A stretch of 40,498 nucleotides of DNA from NCBI GenBank assembly GCA_040902005.1, contig JBBDYA010000028.1, forward strand, positions 1-40,498, in the 5' to 3' direction. Of the stretch, positions 38,317-40,498 are shown piece after piece; the first letter of the stretch is position 1, and each line of letters begins with the position of its first letter. Position numbers and translations under genes: made by a program. This DNA comes from Gemmatimonadaceae bacterium. GTDB taxonomy: Bacteria > Gemmatimonadota > Gemmatimonadetes > Gemmatimonadales > Gemmatimonadaceae. Under the pieces are notes generated by a model that worked only from the letters and a program-made list of their open reading frames with translations, was not told the origin of the DNA and searched no databases.

Positions 38317-38910
38317 ATGATTCGTCGCTGGCTCTTCGTGCCGCTCGCCCTGTTCCTCACGGGCTGCGGCTACAACGCGATTCAAACGCTGGACGAGCGC
38401 GCACAGGGATTCCAGTCCCAGATCGAAGTGCAGTTGCAGCGGCGCGCGGACCTGATCGGGAACCTGGTGGAGACCGTGAAGGGATACGCCCAGCACGAGG
38501 CACAGGTGCTGACGCAGGTGGCGCAGGCGCGCGCCGGTCTCATGAACGCCGTGCGGTCTGGCGACGCCGAGCAGATGGCGACGGCGAACGCGGCCACCAC
38601 CGGCGCGCTGGGGCGATTGCTGGCCGTGGTGGAGAGCAACCCCACGCTGAAGGCAGACGCCAACTTCCGGGCGCTCCAGGACGAGCTGGTGGGCACGGAG
38701 AATCGCGTTGCCACCGCCCGTGGCGACTATAACGGCGCGGTGAACGAGTACAACGCGTACATCCGCAGGTTTCCGGCGGTGATCACCGCGAAGGTGACGG
38801 GCGCCAAGCCGCGGAAATACTTCACCGCCGCCCCGGGCGCGACCGAAGCGCCCAAGGTGGACTTCACGACTCCGGCGGCTCCGGCGCAGCCGGCCCCCGT
38901 GACGCCGTAG
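38317..38910 (+). CDS. lemA: LemA-family lipoprotein
   Basis: LTGC-GYN, QLQRRADLI.NLVETVKGYAQHE, LKADANF..LQDEL.GTENR, YN..IRRFP. Confidence 0.95.
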   Translation: MIRRWLFVPLALFLTGCGYNAIQTLDERAQGFQSQIEVQLQRRADLIGNLVETVKGYAQHEAQVLTQVAQARAGLMNAVRSGDAEQMATANAATTGALGRLLAVVESNPTLKADANFRALQDELVGTENRVATARGDYNGAVNEYNAYIRRFPAVITAKVTGAKPRKYFTAAPGATEAPKVDFTTPAAPAQPAPVTP

Positions 38911-40443
38911 CTACCGTCCGGCTTCCGGCGGTTTGGGAAAGAGTGGCGCGCCCTTCCGGACGCGCCACTCTTTCGCATCCACCTCCCCGAGCGCGGCAAT
39001 GCGTTGCTCGCTGACGTCACCGGGAGCGCCAAGCTGTTCCCAGAGCGCGCGCGCTTTGCCGGGGACGAATGGAAAGAGCAGCACGCACTGCCGCGCGAGC
39101 GCGCGAACGAGCGACGCCAGCACGACCTCGAGCTCCTGCCGGCGCTCCGACGACTTTGCGAGCACCCAGGGTTGCGAGAGCTGGACGAACTCGTTGCCGC
39201 GCGTCACGCAGGCCATGGCGCGCCGGAGGCCATCGTGCAGCAGGTGCGCACCCATGGCGGTGCGATACAGCGCGACGTCCACGGCGTCGGCGCGGTCCAG
39301 TTCGCCCGGCGCAGCCGGCGGCACCACGGCGTCGCAATACTTCTCGACCATGGCGATCACGCGGCTGGCCAGGTTGCCCCAACTGTTCGCGAGTTCCGAG
39401 ACGTACACCTGCTCGAAGCGCTCCCACGAGAAGCTGCCATCGGTGTCGAAGGGCACCTCGCGCAGGAGGTAGTACCGGAAGGCGTCGGGGCCAAAACGGT
39501 TGATGGCCTCGTACAGATCGAGCTTCACTCCCGCGGACTTGCTGAACCGCTCGCCGGCGAGGAGCACGAAGCCGTGGGCCCACACGCGTTCCGGCAGCGG
39601 CAGTTCGGCGGCCTGGAGCATGGCCGGCCAGATGACGGCGTGAAAGCGCGTGATGTCCTTCCCGATCACGTGCAGCTGCGCGGGCCAGCGCGTTGCGTAG
39701 TCCGCGTCCGGAAAACCGGTGGCGGTGAGATAGTTCGGAAGCGCGTCGAACCAGACGTACGTGGTCTGCGTCTCGCCGGTGGACGTCGGTGCGGGAAATG
39801 GCACGCCCCACGTGAACCGCGACCGGCTGGCGGAGATGTCCTCCAGCCCCTGATCGAGCAGCGCGAGAATCTCGTTGCGGCGCGACGTGGGTTGGAGGAA
39901 GTCCGGGCGATCCGAATGCAGCCGCTTCAGGAACGCCTGGTACTTGCTGAGCCGGAAAAACCAGTTGCGCTCTTCCACCCACTCGAGCGCGCGCGTGGGA
40001 TGCAGCGCGCACTTGCCGTCCACGACCTCGCTCGCCGGCTTGAAGGACTCGCAGCCCACGCAATACCACCCGGCGTACGAGCGCTCGTAGAAATCGTCCG
40101 GGTTGTTGTCGAAGATCCGCTTGATCAGCGCGCGGACGCCCGCCCGGTGACGCTCGCTCGTCGTCCGCATGAACTGGTCGTGCGAGATGTCGAGCGTGCG
40201 CCACATCGCCTCGAAGCGCTCAGCGACTTCGTCCACCTGCTGCTGCGGCGCGAGCCCACGCAACTCCGCGGCCTGCGCGACCTTGTGGCCATGCTCGTCC
40301 ATGCCGATGAGAAAGTGGACGTCGTCGCCGAGCAGGCGATGGTACCTGGCGATCGCATCCGCGCCGACCTTCTCGTATGCGTGGCCGATGTGCGGGTCGC
40401 CGTTCGAGTAATCGATTGCGGTGGTGAGGTAGTATCTGCTCAC
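38911..40443 (-). CDS. metG: Methionine--tRNA ligase, short form without C-terminal tRNA-binding domain
   Basis: YLTTAIDY.NGDPHIGH, GMDEHG, YVWFDAL.NY, IGKDITRFHAVIWP, RFSKS, ELANSWGNL, PLFPK; GTG start. Confidence 0.97.
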   Translation of the reverse strand: MSRYYLTTAIDYSNGDPHIGHAYEKVGADAIARYHRLLGDDVHFLIGMDEHGHKVAQAAELRGLAPQQQVDEVAERFEAMWRTLDISHDQFMRTTSERHRAGVRALIKRIFDNNPDDFYERSYAGWYCVGCESFKPASEVVDGKCALHPTRALEWVEERNWFFRLSKYQAFLKRLHSDRPDFLQPTSRRNEILALLDQGLEDISASRSRFTWGVPFPAPTSTGETQTTYVWFDALPNYLTATGFPDADYATRWPAQLHVIGKDITRFHAVIWPAMLQAAELPLPERVWAHGFVLLAGERFSKSAGVKLDLYEAINRFGPDAFRYYLLREVPFDTDGSFSWERFEQVYVSELANSWGNLASRVIAMVEKYCDAVVPPAAPGELDRADAVDVALYRTAMGAHLLHDGLRRAMACVTRGNEFVQLSQPWVLAKSSERRQELEVVLASLVRALARQCVLLFPFVPGKARALWEQLGAPGDVSEQRIAALGEVDAKEWRVRKGAPLFPKPPEAGR

Positions 40444-40498
40444 GCCGGCGAGGCTCCGGGCGGAGTTGATCCGCCGCCGTCGCCACCCCCCCCCCCAC
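40440..40498 (-). CDS. 3' end of an upstream gene cut by the window edge
   Basis: Minus-strand frame ..GGDGGGSTPPGASPA* with TGA overlapping the metG GTG (GTGA). Confidence 0.45.
   Translation of the reverse strand, partial: GGGGGDGGGSTPPGASPA

Overview
GC-rich bacterial chromosomal window. Gene content (SusC/SusD pair, ADOP-type permease, stand-alone plug-domain lipoprotein, split atp operon, KdtA) suggests Gemmatimonadota; this is inference. Left part: tRNA-Val(GAC, partial) and tRNA-Ala(GGC), a group-2-like sigma-70 factor, a MlaF-like ATPase/NUDIX/AraC operon, a four-helix-bundle gene, and an F1-only atpAGDC operon. A Rex/CRP-type palindrome covers the atp -10 box, and atpC is frameshifted in a G11 tract. 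Next come a LytS/LytTR system with a divergent MacB-type ABC exporter, an internally deleted ADOP permease and a Tat esterase. The centre (16.6-31.6 kb) is the most interesting part: a CAZyme-free SusC/SusD locus with two accessory lipoproteins, followed by a His-motif membrane protein translationally coupled to a vanadium-haloperoxidase-type lipoprotein, and a large FG-GAP/ASPIC-UnbV lipoprotein. Right part: receiver plus EAL phosphodiesterase, waaA, DsbA, a degenerate orphan ExbB, a TPM/nucleotidyltransferase/LemA trio and metG. At least three families of intergenic palindromic repeats and several apparent leaderless starts are present. All calls come from reading motifs; no database search was run.
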